Sequence record: DRR378314_843
Length of the DNA stretch: 61,234 nt
Strand: one strand, 5' to 3'
Every line of letters begins with the position of its first letter. The stretch's first letter is position 1. A program made the translations under genes and the position numbers. Positions 49,670-59,451 of this stretch are shown piece by piece. The notes beneath the pieces are model-generated. The model was not told the origin of the DNA and did not search any database. It was given only the letters and a program-made list of their open reading frames with translations.

Positions 49670-52384
49670 CTAGAAGAGTTGAGCCACTGCACTTCTGACA
49701 GGGTCACATTCCCCAAAGTCGCCAACCTTGTTAGCTTCCTTTCCAATCAGCTGAATTCCCAAAACCCGAATATGCCGGCGAGATGTCTCTCCAGCATCAA
49801 ATGGTCTCCCATTCTCGAATTTGTCTTCCGGGCTAAGATGATAGAGCGCCAACACCTCCGCGTATGTTTTGAGCGCTTCGATTGAAACCGGCTCACCCGT
49901 CTCACGGCAAAAGGCTGAAGCAGCCGCAACATCGGGATCACGCTCAAATGGCGCGATCGGCTTAAAGGTTTTCGCCTTGTTGGGCCGTCCGCGCTTTGCT
50001 GGATCGACGTCATCTATTTGGACATCAGCAAACACGCCTGTACGCGCGACCGGGGCAACCATAAAGCCGTACGGTTTTACTTGATCACAATACAGCTTTC
50101 CCTGGTTGAAGCGTTTCATCCAGGCGAGCAATGCAGGACTTGTGGCGACATAACGGATCATCGCAGGTTTTTTCAGAGATGGGTGGTAACTAAGCGGGGC
50201 TTGGTTCGGATACCGATCTAGTGCGGCTTTGATAATGTGATACCAAAGATCGTACTGCCAACGCTTCACACCGATCTCCGCAAGAGACGCGCTTGGCGCT
50301 GGAATTCCACGGGCGGGATCATCTTCATCGTAGGGCTCCATTAAATGTCCCAACCCATGCGCAGAAGCCTTACGGATAATCGGATGGCTTTCGGCATCAA
50401 GGTTGAACAAGGCGTAGCGCTTTGCTGAAATCGCCCAGCAATAAAGAGGTTCTGAGAAATCCGAATTGGGAAGGTAGTTCACATCTTCGACCTGAAGAAT
50501 CGAACCAGGCTTGTCGTAGGGATTAAGTGTCGCAAACCAACAAACTACGCGCTTGGCGCGGTTGTGAAATTCCTCGCGCGAAATACCGTCCGGACGCGCA
50601 AGCGCAATACTGTCGGTATCGCAGAACGCCCATCCTAATCCTTGATCAGCAGCAACACGCTCAGCGCACGCCAGCATCAGCCTTGCTGTTCCAGTTATGA
50701 GCGCAGCCAGCAATGGATTGAAGAACCTGCCAGGCTCTTCGATGGCGGTCGTAGAGCAGGTGAATGGTTCACCACCCGGTCCGTAGACTTCGAGTACTTT
50801 CGGCTTGGGGTGATCATCACGGATCACTTCGGCATACACGCCATAGCATGTGGAGTTCGCAAGGATCTTCAGACGCTTCTCTATCGGGTCCTTTCTAGCC
50901 TTGGCTTCATCCCGCATGTTAATGAGCGATACGAACATATCCTGCGTTTCTGGATCTATTTGATAGTCGGTCCTGCCCAGAAGGTTGATGGGCATCAAGC
51001 CTGTTTGCTTTGCTCCCGGCTTGAACCCAATTGCGCATTCGATCTTCGGCACTTTGCCGGTCAATATCTTTGACGCGATAAGGTCCGAAAGCGTGTACCA
51101 AAGCGACTTGTCAGAATGAACGTTGTTCAGTCCAATCGTCAGATTGTCCTTATCCGGTGAATAGTTTGCTCTTAGTGGAAGTGCATCGCCATTTGGCTTG
51201 AGCTGAACGATTGCGTGAAGTGAGAGCCAGGTTTCGGGTCGCTGGAGATCCCCAGCGTCGATATTCTCCAACAGTAAGCGTACATCCTCGGTTGCATCAT
51301 AGGTTTCAAACGTTTCCGCAATCAGGAACTTGTGTAACCCAAGCAGCGCGTTGACCGTTGGGTACATCGATTTGAAATCGCAATAGACCACTTCCTGGAC
51401 CTTGCGGCGTATCCGTATCTCAGCCCTCCCCCCATAGTATGAAGCCATGATGCAGCCGAACACCGCAGGATCGAGGTTCCCCCACCCATCATAGCGCAGG
51501 GGTTTGATGTTCATCTGTTTGAGCAAAGCCTTACCTATACTTGCCTCACTCAAGATTCGATGTAGCGGCGTATCAAGTTCAAATTCTGCGTACATCTTCG
51601 AGAGCGCTTCGAAACACTCCCATGTCGTTTGAACGTCGGCGCGTGCGTAATCCAGGTATGCGAATGTAATCGGCCCGCCATGTTCCTTCGTCTCGAGTTT
51701 TTGTGATTTGGTTTGCAATCGCTCCGCCAGCGCCTTCAGGGAACCGCGAAACGTCAGCAATGCAGCGGCCATCGTCTTCACGTCGAAGAAAGCACCGCGA
51801 TTGTGATTAGCCTGGAAACCACGCTTGCGCATGCCCCGCCCGACAAGCTGCTTACCTGGTTTGGAAAAGTCGATGAGCGAGGCGCTCGAGTTCAGGTGTT
51901 TGACACGGATGTTTGGTTCGCTCTTCCATTCGGATAAGGGGAACGTGAACCCTCCACGCATGCTGCCGCGCGCAATACCAGCGCCAAGCGCAATACGGGC
52001 AATATCGAAGGGTAAGTTGAACCCAATGATCGACCCGTTTCCGCGGTATCCGATCTTTAGAAGGATCTCTTCGCGGAACTGTTTAAGTGTTATCAACTCC
52101 AATCCATTCGCAGCACAGTACGCCCGGACAGTTTCCAGGTCTGCGGCGTTGAGATCGTCCGCAACGAAAATGTACTCGCGAACCAGTTTTCCGCTTTTAC
52201 GGAACTGGCACACACCAACCCGTAGCTTCTGCACCGCATCGATGGTCGTCTCAGTATCGAAGATGATCTGCCAATCCGAAACGACCTCCGGTTTACTGAA
52301 CTTGGCGATCTCGGAGAGTGGCCGCTTGTCTGGTCTCTGACTGAACGCACGGACCGCGGCATTCACGTTGAGGGTCGAAGTCAT
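49670..52384 (-). CDS. polB: Family B DNA polymerase with a 3'-5' exonuclease domain (casposon PolB)
   Basis: ExoI FDTET, ExoII FNLPFD and ExoIII YARAD; YYGGRAE; motif A DFKSMYP; motif B KILANSTCYG; motif C CDTDS; SAKRY. Confidence 0.93.
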   Translation of the reverse strand: MTSTLNVNAAVRAFSQRPDKRPLSEIAKFSKPEVVSDWQIIFDTETTIDAVQKLRVGVCQFRKSGKLVREYIFVADDLNAADLETVRAYCAANGLELITLKQFREEILLKIGYRGNGSIIGFNLPFDIARIALGAGIARGSMRGGFTFPLSEWKSEPNIRVKHLNSSASLIDFSKPGKQLVGRGMRKRGFQANHNRGAFFDVKTMAAALLTFRGSLKALAERLQTKSQKLETKEHGGPITFAYLDYARADVQTTWECFEALSKMYAEFELDTPLHRILSEASIGKALLKQMNIKPLRYDGWGNLDPAVFGCIMASYYGGRAEIRIRRKVQEVVYCDFKSMYPTVNALLGLHKFLIAETFETYDATEDVRLLLENIDAGDLQRPETWLSLHAIVQLKPNGDALPLRANYSPDKDNLTIGLNNVHSDKSLWYTLSDLIASKILTGKVPKIECAIGFKPGAKQTGLMPINLLGRTDYQIDPETQDMFVSLINMRDEAKARKDPIEKRLKILANSTCYGVYAEVIRDDHPKPKVLEVYGPGGEPFTCSTTAIEEPGRFFNPLLAALITGTARLMLACAERVAADQGLGWAFCDTDSIALARPDGISREEFHNRAKRVVCWFATLNPYDKPGSILQVEDVNYLPNSDFSEPLYCWAISAKRYALFNLDAESHPIIRKASAHGLGHLMEPYDEDDPARGIPAPSASLAEIGVKRWQYDLWYHIIKAALDRYPNQAPLSYHPSLKKPAMIRYVATSPALLAWMKRFNQGKLYCDQVKPYGFMVAPVARTGVFADVQIDDVDPAKRGRPNKAKTFKPIAPFERDPDVAAASAFCRETGEPVSIEALKTYAEVLALYHLSPEDKFENGRPFDAGETSRRHIRVLGIQLIGKEANKVGDFGECDPVRSAVAQLF

Positions 52385-52758
52385 TGGCCCGCCTCCCCAT
52401 CATAAGGGAGCACATGCTCTGATTGCTCTAGCAGCCACTCTCCGAACTGTGCGATCGTTTCCGTAATCCGCCGAAACCATTCCGCCAATGCCAGAAGGTA
52501 ACGTCCGATGGTTTCCATTTGTGGATTCTCAGACTGGGGCGCATATGCGAAGTCTTTCTCGATATCGCTCAATTCGCGGTGACAATTCGAGCACAGAACT
52601 CCGCCATCATCATGAAACTTGCGCGGAGCGATGTGCGCAAACTCCAGAGCAGCAGGGTGGTTCATATACCCGCAACACTGACAAATCGGATTGCGGGTTC
52701 GCAACCTTCTGTAGTCGCTTTCGCGGCGCAATTCTTCAGGGCTAATAATATCGTCCAT
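52381..52758 (-). CDS. HNH endonuclease-like zinc-binding protein
   Basis: CQCCG...EFAHI...LCSNCH. Its stop overlaps the polB start (ATGA). Confidence 0.8.
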   Translation of the reverse strand: MDDIISPEELRRESDYRRLRTRNPICQCCGYMNHPAALEFAHIAPRKFHDDGGVLCSNCHRELSDIEKDFAYAPQSENPQMETIGRYLLALAEWFRRITETIAQFGEWLLEQSEHVLPYDGEAGQ

Positions 52759-52770
52759 AGTAGGATCCTT

Positions 52771-53349
52771 TCATTGGACAACGACACGATAGATTTCATG
52801 GAAAAGCGGCTCATCCTTGAGCGCGAAGCGGATCAAGGCGTTGGGGTCGGTTTCGAACGGCCACGCCGTGCCATTGATGTCAGTCACGGTCGCGCCGTCG
52901 AACTCTTCGAGGTGAGTGAGGTCTTGCGTCAGGATGAATTGACGAACACGATTGTGGTAAACGCCAACGCGGCTCGCATCAGCAAACGTTGGAACAGTGA
53001 TCGCCTTGGAGTTCGCGCCAACAATGATCTGCACCCGGCGCGGACGGGCATCAGTGACAATCCAGCGACGCCCTTCCTTGACGCCGAGTTTCTTTGCGAC
53101 GAGGGCCCGTTTCAGTCGGTCCGGTGAGACATGAGCCGCTTTTGCCGCTGCCGTCAGCGACGTTCCGCCGTACATGGCCTGCAATGCCTGGGAGACGCTC
53201 TCGTCATTTATGGGCAGGCGAGCGCTCGCTTTGAGAGGGGCTTCACTAGGTTTCGGGTGGCCACGAGCCTGAGAGAGGGACAGACCACGCGCCTTGCCGC
53301 GCGCAATGCGGCGGGCGTACTCGGCTTTGTAGTCTCTCTTCTTGGCCAT
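52771..53349 (-). CDS. Putative DNA-binding protein (basic N-terminus plus HTH)
   Basis: MAKKRDYKAEYARRIARG...SQARGH, then an HTH-like GTSLTAAAKAAHVSPDRLKRAL. First gene of the polB operon. Confidence 0.7.
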   Translation of the reverse strand: MAKKRDYKAEYARRIARGKARGLSLSQARGHPKPSEAPLKASARLPINDESVSQALQAMYGGTSLTAAAKAAHVSPDRLKRALVAKKLGVKEGRRWIVTDARPRRVQIIVGANSKAITVPTFADASRVGVYHNRVRQFILTQDLTHLEEFDGATVTDINGTAWPFETDPNALIRFALKDEPLFHEIYRVVVQ

Positions 53350-53408
53350 TGTCCGGGCTCCAGTTCAAACGACTGAAAACCGGCATGACTCCGAAGGCAG
53401 GGACTCTT

Positions 53409-53485
53409 CATCCAATTCGGATAGGAAACAGAAATGTAATCTCTGCGACGCCTTGGTCTGCGACTTGCATCCAATTTGCGTAGGA
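53409..53485. promoter_or_regulatory. Pair of 18-bp repeats in the divergent promoter region (candidate operators)
   Basis: CATCCAATTCGGATAGGA (53409-53426) and CATCCAATTTGCGTAGGA (53468-53485) match at 15/18. Each is an imperfect dyad TCCAA-N6-TAGGA. Confidence 0.45.
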
Positions 53486-53505
53486 TTTGTAAACCGGGTG
53501 TCGCT

Positions 53506-54414
53506 GTGAATAAAGCCGAGCTTCTGGACGCACTGGCTGTGAAAGCTGCCGAGCATGGCGTTGAACAGCCAAGCGAGGCCAAGCTTGAAAGCTGGGTGAG
53601 CAAAAAGCTTGTGACCGGCGCTAAGCCCAAAGGTCAGAAGCGTGCGGTGGCACCTAAGTGGTCCTATTCAGATGACAGCATCGAACGCTGCCTCGCTTTA
53701 GTGGCCATGGAGGCGAGAGGATTTAAGCGCAAAAATCAAATGCGTTTGGGTCTGGCTGCTGAAGGCTTCGATATCGATCCTACGCAATTAAGAGAGAGTC
53801 TGGAACTAGAAGCAGTTCGATCCATCAAACGCATGCGTCGTGACGGTCTTCGCAACTTTGTGCCGAGCGATCACCCAGACGATTTCGCGAAATTAACGGT
53901 TGCGCAGAGACGACTGACTTCCGAAGTGGATCCGCGGCTGAATGAGACCGGGTTTGTACTACCGCCCGCTCTTATGATTGCTGCAATCAATTCTGCAATG
54001 AGTGGGACCAGCGAAAATCCGCTACAGACGACTGAACTTCAAACAGACGTCGAACGCCATTTGAATAAGGTCTTTCCAAGCGGATTGCCGTTTGATCTTA
54101 CGCAATTGCCTCTGCTCATTATCCCGACTTTGATGGCGGGCATTCTCGGCATCGAGGATGAAACAGATCTGGCGTTGGCCAATCGCGTTCGGAACGCGAC
54201 CGATGCGCAACTGCTTGCCGCCGTCGAAATGTTTCGTCAGCTGAGACAGGTGTGTGAAAGTTCGGGGGAGTTTGCTCAAGCTTTTCCAGAGCCAACTCCA
54301 ACTATTCTGAAGAGCGTATTTGCCGATCCGAATTGGCTACCGCTGATGCTGAGTTTGTCGATTTCAATTCCCAATCCCGCATCGAATTCCGATGCGATTT
54401 TTGCTATAATTTAG
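53506..54414 (+). CDS. Hypothetical protein with a MerR/excisionase-like N-terminal winged HTH
   Basis: SEAKLESWVSKKLV...KG...WSYS pattern. GTG start at 53506 is inferred. Directly upstream of cas1. Confidence 0.6.
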   Translation: MNKAELLDALAVKAAEHGVEQPSEAKLESWVSKKLVTGAKPKGQKRAVAPKWSYSDDSIERCLALVAMEARGFKRKNQMRLGLAAEGFDIDPTQLRESLELEAVRSIKRMRRDGLRNFVPSDHPDDFAKLTVAQRRLTSEVDPRLNETGFVLPPALMIAAINSAMSGTSENPLQTTELQTDVERHLNKVFPSGLPFDLTQLPLLIIPTLMAGILGIEDETDLALANRVRNATDAQLLAAVEMFRQLRQVCESSGEFAQAFPEPTPTILKSVFADPNWLPLMLSLSISIPNPASNSDAIFAII

Positions 54415-54434
54415 CAGTAGATATCGGGGGCAAA

Positions 54435-55538
54435 ATGACACTTCAAACGCAAAGCGTTTCGGATGAAAACGCATATGACGAGTGGGCTGTCAGAAGCCAG
54501 TATTGGCAATCCGAATACAATTCTAGCCTACCGAAACGCAAACGCCGCGAACGCCAATCAAACCCGCTAATTTTAACTGGCTATGGTCTGTCTATCCGCG
54601 TCGACAAAGGTCGACTGGTCATCAAGGATGGGACAACTCACTTCCCTCAAGATCGGCGAGAATACGTATTCTTTAAAGGCAGTCTCGATATTCCACCCCG
54701 AATTATCGCGCTCGATGGTTTTGGGACAATCACACTCGATGCACTGGACTGGCTGGCAGAACAGAACATCGCGCTTATTCGAGTTAAGTGGAATGGGCAG
54801 TTCTTCTCGCTCATCAGCAATGGGGGGCAAGCTGCCGATCCGGAAAAGTTTACCTGGCAGATTAAGGCCCGAGAGGATGAGAGCGAAAAGTTAGCATTCT
54901 ATCTGCCGCTAATGGAAGGCAAGTTCTCCAATACGCTTGGAACTTTAGCCGACTACCTCCCACCATCCGCCGCCAAAGAAAGAGCGATTGAGAAGGTTAG
55001 GCATTATTTGCACCGCCTACAGAATGACCCACCAGATAAGTTGAAGATGTTGCTGGGCATCGAAGCACAAGTCGCCAGCCTGTACTTTGCTACATGGCGT
55101 GAATTGAAGATCAATTGGAAATCCAGCAAGCGCTATCCAATCCCGGACGAGTGGAAGAGTTTCTATTCGCGTGGGTCGCTGAAGATGATGAATAAAGGTG
55201 GCGCGAACATCTTCGCAACGCATCCGGTCAACGCGATGTTGAATTATGTCTATACTGTATTGCTTGGGCAAACACAGTTGCAGGTGATTGCCGACGGTTA
55301 TGATCCGATGCTCGGGGTGATACACACGCGTTCACGATCACAACACGGCCCACCGCGCCCAAGCTTTGCGATTGACATGATGGAGCCGATGCGGCCCGTG
55401 GTGGATCGCGTAGTATTGAAGCTTATTGCGGAAGAGACGTTTTCAGGGGCGGATTTTGATTTGCAGAGGGATGGGGTGGTGCGGGTGAATCCGGAACTAG
55501 TGCGAAGCCTTAGTCGACAAATAATTGCTGACGGGTAG
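54435..55538 (+). CDS. cas1: Cas1 integrase (casposase), solo
   Basis: LTGYGLSIRVDKGRLVI N-terminus; LLGIEAQVASLYF (Glu), PVNAMLNYVY, GYDPMLGVIH (His) and IDMMEPMRPVVD (Asp/Glu). ATG at 54435 follows a GGGGG RBS. Confidence 0.95.
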   Translation: MTLQTQSVSDENAYDEWAVRSQYWQSEYNSSLPKRKRRERQSNPLILTGYGLSIRVDKGRLVIKDGTTHFPQDRREYVFFKGSLDIPPRIIALDGFGTITLDALDWLAEQNIALIRVKWNGQFFSLISNGGQAADPEKFTWQIKAREDESEKLAFYLPLMEGKFSNTLGTLADYLPPSAAKERAIEKVRHYLHRLQNDPPDKLKMLLGIEAQVASLYFATWRELKINWKSSKRYPIPDEWKSFYSRGSLKMMNKGGANIFATHPVNAMLNYVYTVLLGQTQLQVIADGYDPMLGVIHTRSRSQHGPPRPSFAIDMMEPMRPVVDRVVLKLIAEETFSGADFDLQRDGVVRVNPELVRSLSRQIIADG

Positions 55539-55560
55539 ATCGAAATCACTTCTTTGGCAC

Positions 55561-58500
55561 TTACGAAATTCCCGGCTTGTTTTCCTGGGAAATACGCTCT
55601 TCAGCTTCGCGATCAGCCCATCCTTGGTCGCTCTTCGCTATCGAACGCAACAAAGACTGCGTATGCGGAAAATCATCTAGTTCATCTGCCCATTGCCCAA
55701 ATTTTGCAGCGGACTTGGCGTAGTAGTCTTCCATCGGGCCCGAAATCACACCACGAGAATTGAATTGTCCCGTGCGCATGGCAGAGATCAGTCGTTCACG
55801 TGGATGTGCTTCTATCACTTTTCGAACGGCCGCATGAGGCCAAATGTGATCTGTAGGATCGACCGGCGACTTTGATAGCAGCTGACCGACAGCTATCGAG
55901 GCTCCTTTTTCGAACTGCTTTTCACGTGCAATCTCAAACACCTTCTCCACCCATACCGTCAGCTTCTCTTCGTCGACGCCCCCCTCGTTCGATCCAGGAA
56001 TCACGTTCATATTTTCCATGACGTGAAAGGCTGGCCGCCAGATACCCTCGTCGGGCTGATCTTCTTCAGAGGAGTAAGCGACACCACTTTCGTCCTTAGG
56101 GGCGTCATCTCGCTTATACAAAATTGGAATTAAATCGAAAAATTCTTCAGGCTCCTCCGCAAGGAACCTGTAAAGCGCAGGGGCTCGTTCCGGGCCGTTG
56201 AAACGAAGCGCCTCAGCCAACGGAAATTCGAGCTTTGCAAGCTCGCTCAAACTCAAAGCACCGCGGTCCTCAGCGACTCCTAGGAGTTCCCAGTAGTGAT
56301 ACAACTCAAGCTGCCCTCTAGGCCGTCCCTCACTATAAGCGTTCGAGACACTTTTTAGGTACTCGTTCGCGATTAACCGAACAGTTTCGATTGGCACCGA
56401 GGGATCGTTCGCCACGACATGCGCTAAATCGTGGATGCGGCCCACGCTTTTGAACCCGTCGACAACGGCTTGCGAAAGGTTTTCGCCAACGAATGAGTAT
56501 GCATTGGCTGATCTCCAAAATCCTGAAGATACTTGCGGTGGTAATCCCCCAGTTGTCGCGGCATCCAGAATTGGGGGCGCGTTGTAGAGCCCTTCCCCAA
56601 CTAACTCGCTGAGGTGTTTAGAGAAGGCGTCAGCCTTAGAGTTGATAATAGCAACCCATTCGGCTGGATTTTTTATGGCAGCTCCTCGGGACATTCCTCG
56701 GATGAGTTCTTGGCCCTGCTCATCGTCAGACGATATCGTTAAGATGTGATCCATAATTGCGGAAGAATTGGGGGTGGCTTGGGCTAACGCTATTCCAGCG
56801 GCAAAAGGCGATCCCACTTTTTGCAAGAAGTCTGAAAGCTCATCTGCGTACTTGTTGAGTATGCCTTCAAGAGCCAGCCTTCGGTGTTCAGCCAAATCGC
56901 TTTGCGGATCATCAGTTCGCTCGCGAAATGTCTCGACCCAGCTCGATTTAAACAGCCATAGATATCGATTGGAGTTATCTGGTTGAAGTCTTTCGAATTC
57001 GACCTCCAACTGACTTAATCGTTCATTCTCAATCGCCCACTCAGCATCGGAAAACTGACGATGGCGTCCGGTGAATGTTCTCAACGCTTCGAGCAATTCG
57101 TCCACGCCGGTGTCATCGCCATTTATGCTGGATATCTGCGCAACAAATCGGTCGAAGATTTCGTTCACCATGGAAGGCACGCATTCTACCAACTTTGCCA
57201 GGTCAGCGGCGTTTGTCGAAGCAACACGGATGGCTTGTTCAACCGCTTCATCACGGACTTCGTAAAAATCGCCCCAAGTTAGGCGTTGCTCCTGAACCCT
57301 TGAGAAAATTGGTTTGCTAGTGCTCAGCACAAAGCGCCCGCCTCTATTGTCCAGAAGAGGAACTAGCAGTTCTAAAACGTGCGGGCCGAATTCGTTTGCT
57401 AGATCGCGAATGATCTTCGCCCTTTGCTTTGTTCCCGCAACTGTTTGAGGCACGCCAAAGGAGAGAATTCCTTGAAGCGAGGCTAAGGGCTGATTTCCTT
57501 GTTTCTCGTCGATTGGGGAGACAGCCAAATGAAGCTTCATCAAGAGCCGACAAACAAGCTCTACATGCTCGGACAACCAGGCGAGGCGTTCGAGGGCCCA
57601 CAAAAGAGACGCCCCCAAATGAAAATCTATGAAACTAAACTTGGACTCTTGCACTTTAAAGACTGCGGCCATTCCTTCGGCGTTCCCCTCGATGGCCGCT
57701 TCGAGGGACTCCAGAAAAGGCTGAGGAACACCTTCAGCGAGTAGAGGCAACCATTCTTCGATGGCAGCACCAAATTTGGGGTTATCCAGAAGCTGAGGAA
57801 CGCTCGTTTGATAGACGCTGCGACACCAATCAGCACATTTCTGTCCGTGAGGACGAAGACTCAAGTCGGGGTCTTCGCCAAATACCCCGATCAAAACAAA
57901 GGTAAGTATCACCCCACCGACAAAGTCACTGCTGAAACCGGAATATTCTGAAGGGTCGAAAACTCGATCTCTATCTGCACCCTGCTGAACTTTATCGTTC
58001 AACACTACACAGAGTAGATTCTCGAAAGCGTCGTAGTCGTCGTCAGTGTAATAGCGCGCAAGCCTAAAAAATGCGTCGACTGGTCCATTCAGCGTTACGA
58101 TGCTAGTCGTTGCAACAAACATGGGGTCTGCCGAACCAGCTCGGGCCAGCGGATTCCGTCCGTATTTGCGAACTATCGACTCGATCTGTGAATACGTTTC
58201 AACACCTGCGTGTTGCTTTAGCGCTTCAACATCTTTGTACATAAAGTTGCTCTTAGCTCCGTGCTTGCCTCGCTCTTCACGTCGGACAGCTCGACTTATG
58301 TTCCAAGCAGCAACCATTCCAAGGCGTTTGAGAAGTGGGGCGTCCGTTAAATCTGGATCAGCCCATGGGCATTTCTCCCCTTCGACAGTACCTCTAAGCC
58401 GTTCCAGTGCAGACAAATTTCTCCCGGCCGCTTTTGCAATGGTTTCGGCGCTCTGCGAACCAACCGGTTTGATATGTTTTGCGAATGTCGACACATCAGG

Positions 58501-59451
58501 TCGTTGAAGCAAATAGCAACTCGCTAGACCGGGATCGGACGAAATAGCTTTTGCAACCAAAACCGAGTGTTGCTCCAAACGATTAGGATAAGCCGCCGCT
58601 TCTCCTTCGAGGATTACAATATGTCGAGTTCCAACCTTTTTGAGTAGATTCAATCCTGCTTCGTTTTGGATGCAGACGACCGGAAAATGCTCTAGTTCTG
58701 GAGAGCTCAAACATAGTTGGCAAGCTGCGACGGCTGCCTCTCTGTCTGAATTCCCAAGCAAGTAGCTAATCGGTTCTTCTCTCAGGAGAGCATCTCTTAG
58801 TTCGAGCAGTGACTTTTGTCCGTCCAGTAGAATATCCGGCGAGACTTCGTCACGGAAACGGCGCTTCCAGAGGCCGATACGCTCTTCGGCGGAACAGACC
58901 CCGTACGCAGCTGCGCTGGGAATCAACCCGAGTTCTTGAAGCAACCATAAACACGTTTCGACATCTCGATTTACCCAGTCGATTAATCGAGACTGGTCAA
59001 AAAGCACGACCTTCTTAAACTTGGTGTCATCGGTAGCTTTCTGCTGCCAGAATACTTTCTTCTTTTGATCTTTTGTTTCGACTTCGATTTCGCCCGACCA
59101 AGTAGCGCGCCCAACCATCACAAATGCAAAGTCGTCTGGCTTTTTCAGGGACTCTTCAACCCGCTTCAGCTCGTATTTCGCTTTGCCCACCAGGTCAGTT
59201 CGCGAAGATGTGGCGCCGTATTCGATGCAAACATTTCCCGCTGGAATACCTTCGCATTCTTCATCGAGCGTAACGACGCCATCGAAGCCCGTGACTCGGT
59301 AGTTTTCGCCGTCGACAGTGTAGGCGTTCGCGACCTTGATACCTCCCGTCGATATGTTGAGTAAGCGCTTGAAGAGCTCGGGAAGAAGTTTTTCCCAATC
59401 TGGATTTTTTTCGGTAGATTCGAAATGCGTCTTTTCAATTAGTCGAGCCAC
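55561..59451 (-). CDS. Large (~1300 aa) uncharacterised cargo protein with a possible N-terminal restriction-endonuclease-like domain
   Basis: N-terminal GFDG...P.G...E.G...KA motif, helical body and C-terminal WP...VR...FNSRGV block. GTG start at 59451 follows GGGAG. Confidence 0.75.
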   Translation of the reverse strand: MARLIEKTHFESTEKNPDWEKLLPELFKRLLNISTGGIKVANAYTVDGENYRVTGFDGVVTLDEECEGIPAGNVCIEYGATSSRTDLVGKAKYELKRVEESLKKPDDFAFVMVGRATWSGEIEVETKDQKKKVFWQQKATDDTKFKKVVLFDQSRLIDWVNRDVETCLWLLQELGLIPSAAAYGVCSAEERIGLWKRRFRDEVSPDILLDGQKSLLELRDALLREEPISYLLGNSDREAAVAACQLCLSSPELEHFPVVCIQNEAGLNLLKKVGTRHIVILEGEAAAYPNRLEQHSVLVAKAISSDPGLASCYLLQRPDVSTFAKHIKPVGSQSAETIAKAAGRNLSALERLRGTVEGEKCPWADPDLTDAPLLKRLGMVAAWNISRAVRREERGKHGAKSNFMYKDVEALKQHAGVETYSQIESIVRKYGRNPLARAGSADPMFVATTSIVTLNGPVDAFFRLARYYTDDDYDAFENLLCVVLNDKVQQGADRDRVFDPSEYSGFSSDFVGGVILTFVLIGVFGEDPDLSLRPHGQKCADWCRSVYQTSVPQLLDNPKFGAAIEEWLPLLAEGVPQPFLESLEAAIEGNAEGMAAVFKVQESKFSFIDFHLGASLLWALERLAWLSEHVELVCRLLMKLHLAVSPIDEKQGNQPLASLQGILSFGVPQTVAGTKQRAKIIRDLANEFGPHVLELLVPLLDNRGGRFVLSTSKPIFSRVQEQRLTWGDFYEVRDEAVEQAIRVASTNAADLAKLVECVPSMVNEIFDRFVAQISSINGDDTGVDELLEALRTFTGRHRQFSDAEWAIENERLSQLEVEFERLQPDNSNRYLWLFKSSWVETFRERTDDPQSDLAEHRRLALEGILNKYADELSDFLQKVGSPFAAGIALAQATPNSSAIMDHILTISSDDEQGQELIRGMSRGAAIKNPAEWVAIINSKADAFSKHLSELVGEGLYNAPPILDAATTGGLPPQVSSGFWRSANAYSFVGENLSQAVVDGFKSVGRIHDLAHVVANDPSVPIETVRLIANEYLKSVSNAYSEGRPRGQLELYHYWELLGVAEDRGALSLSELAKLEFPLAEALRFNGPERAPALYRFLAEEPEEFFDLIPILYKRDDAPKDESGVAYSSEEDQPDEGIWRPAFHVMENMNVIPGSNEGGVDEEKLTVWVEKVFEIAREKQFEKGASIAVGQLLSKSPVDPTDHIWPHAAVRKVIEAHPRERLISAMRTGQFNSRGVISGPMEDYYAKSAAKFGQWADELDDFPHTQSLLRSIAKSDQGWADREAEERISQENKPGIS

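Noticed and set aside
53777-53787. 11-bp inverted match (ATCCTACGCAA) to the second candidate operator
   Set aside because: Short, inside coding sequence and compatible with chance.
54333-54434. 34-aa N-terminal extension of Cas1 in the ORF track
   Set aside because: It overlaps the upstream gene. ATG 54435 has an RBS and follows the upstream stop.
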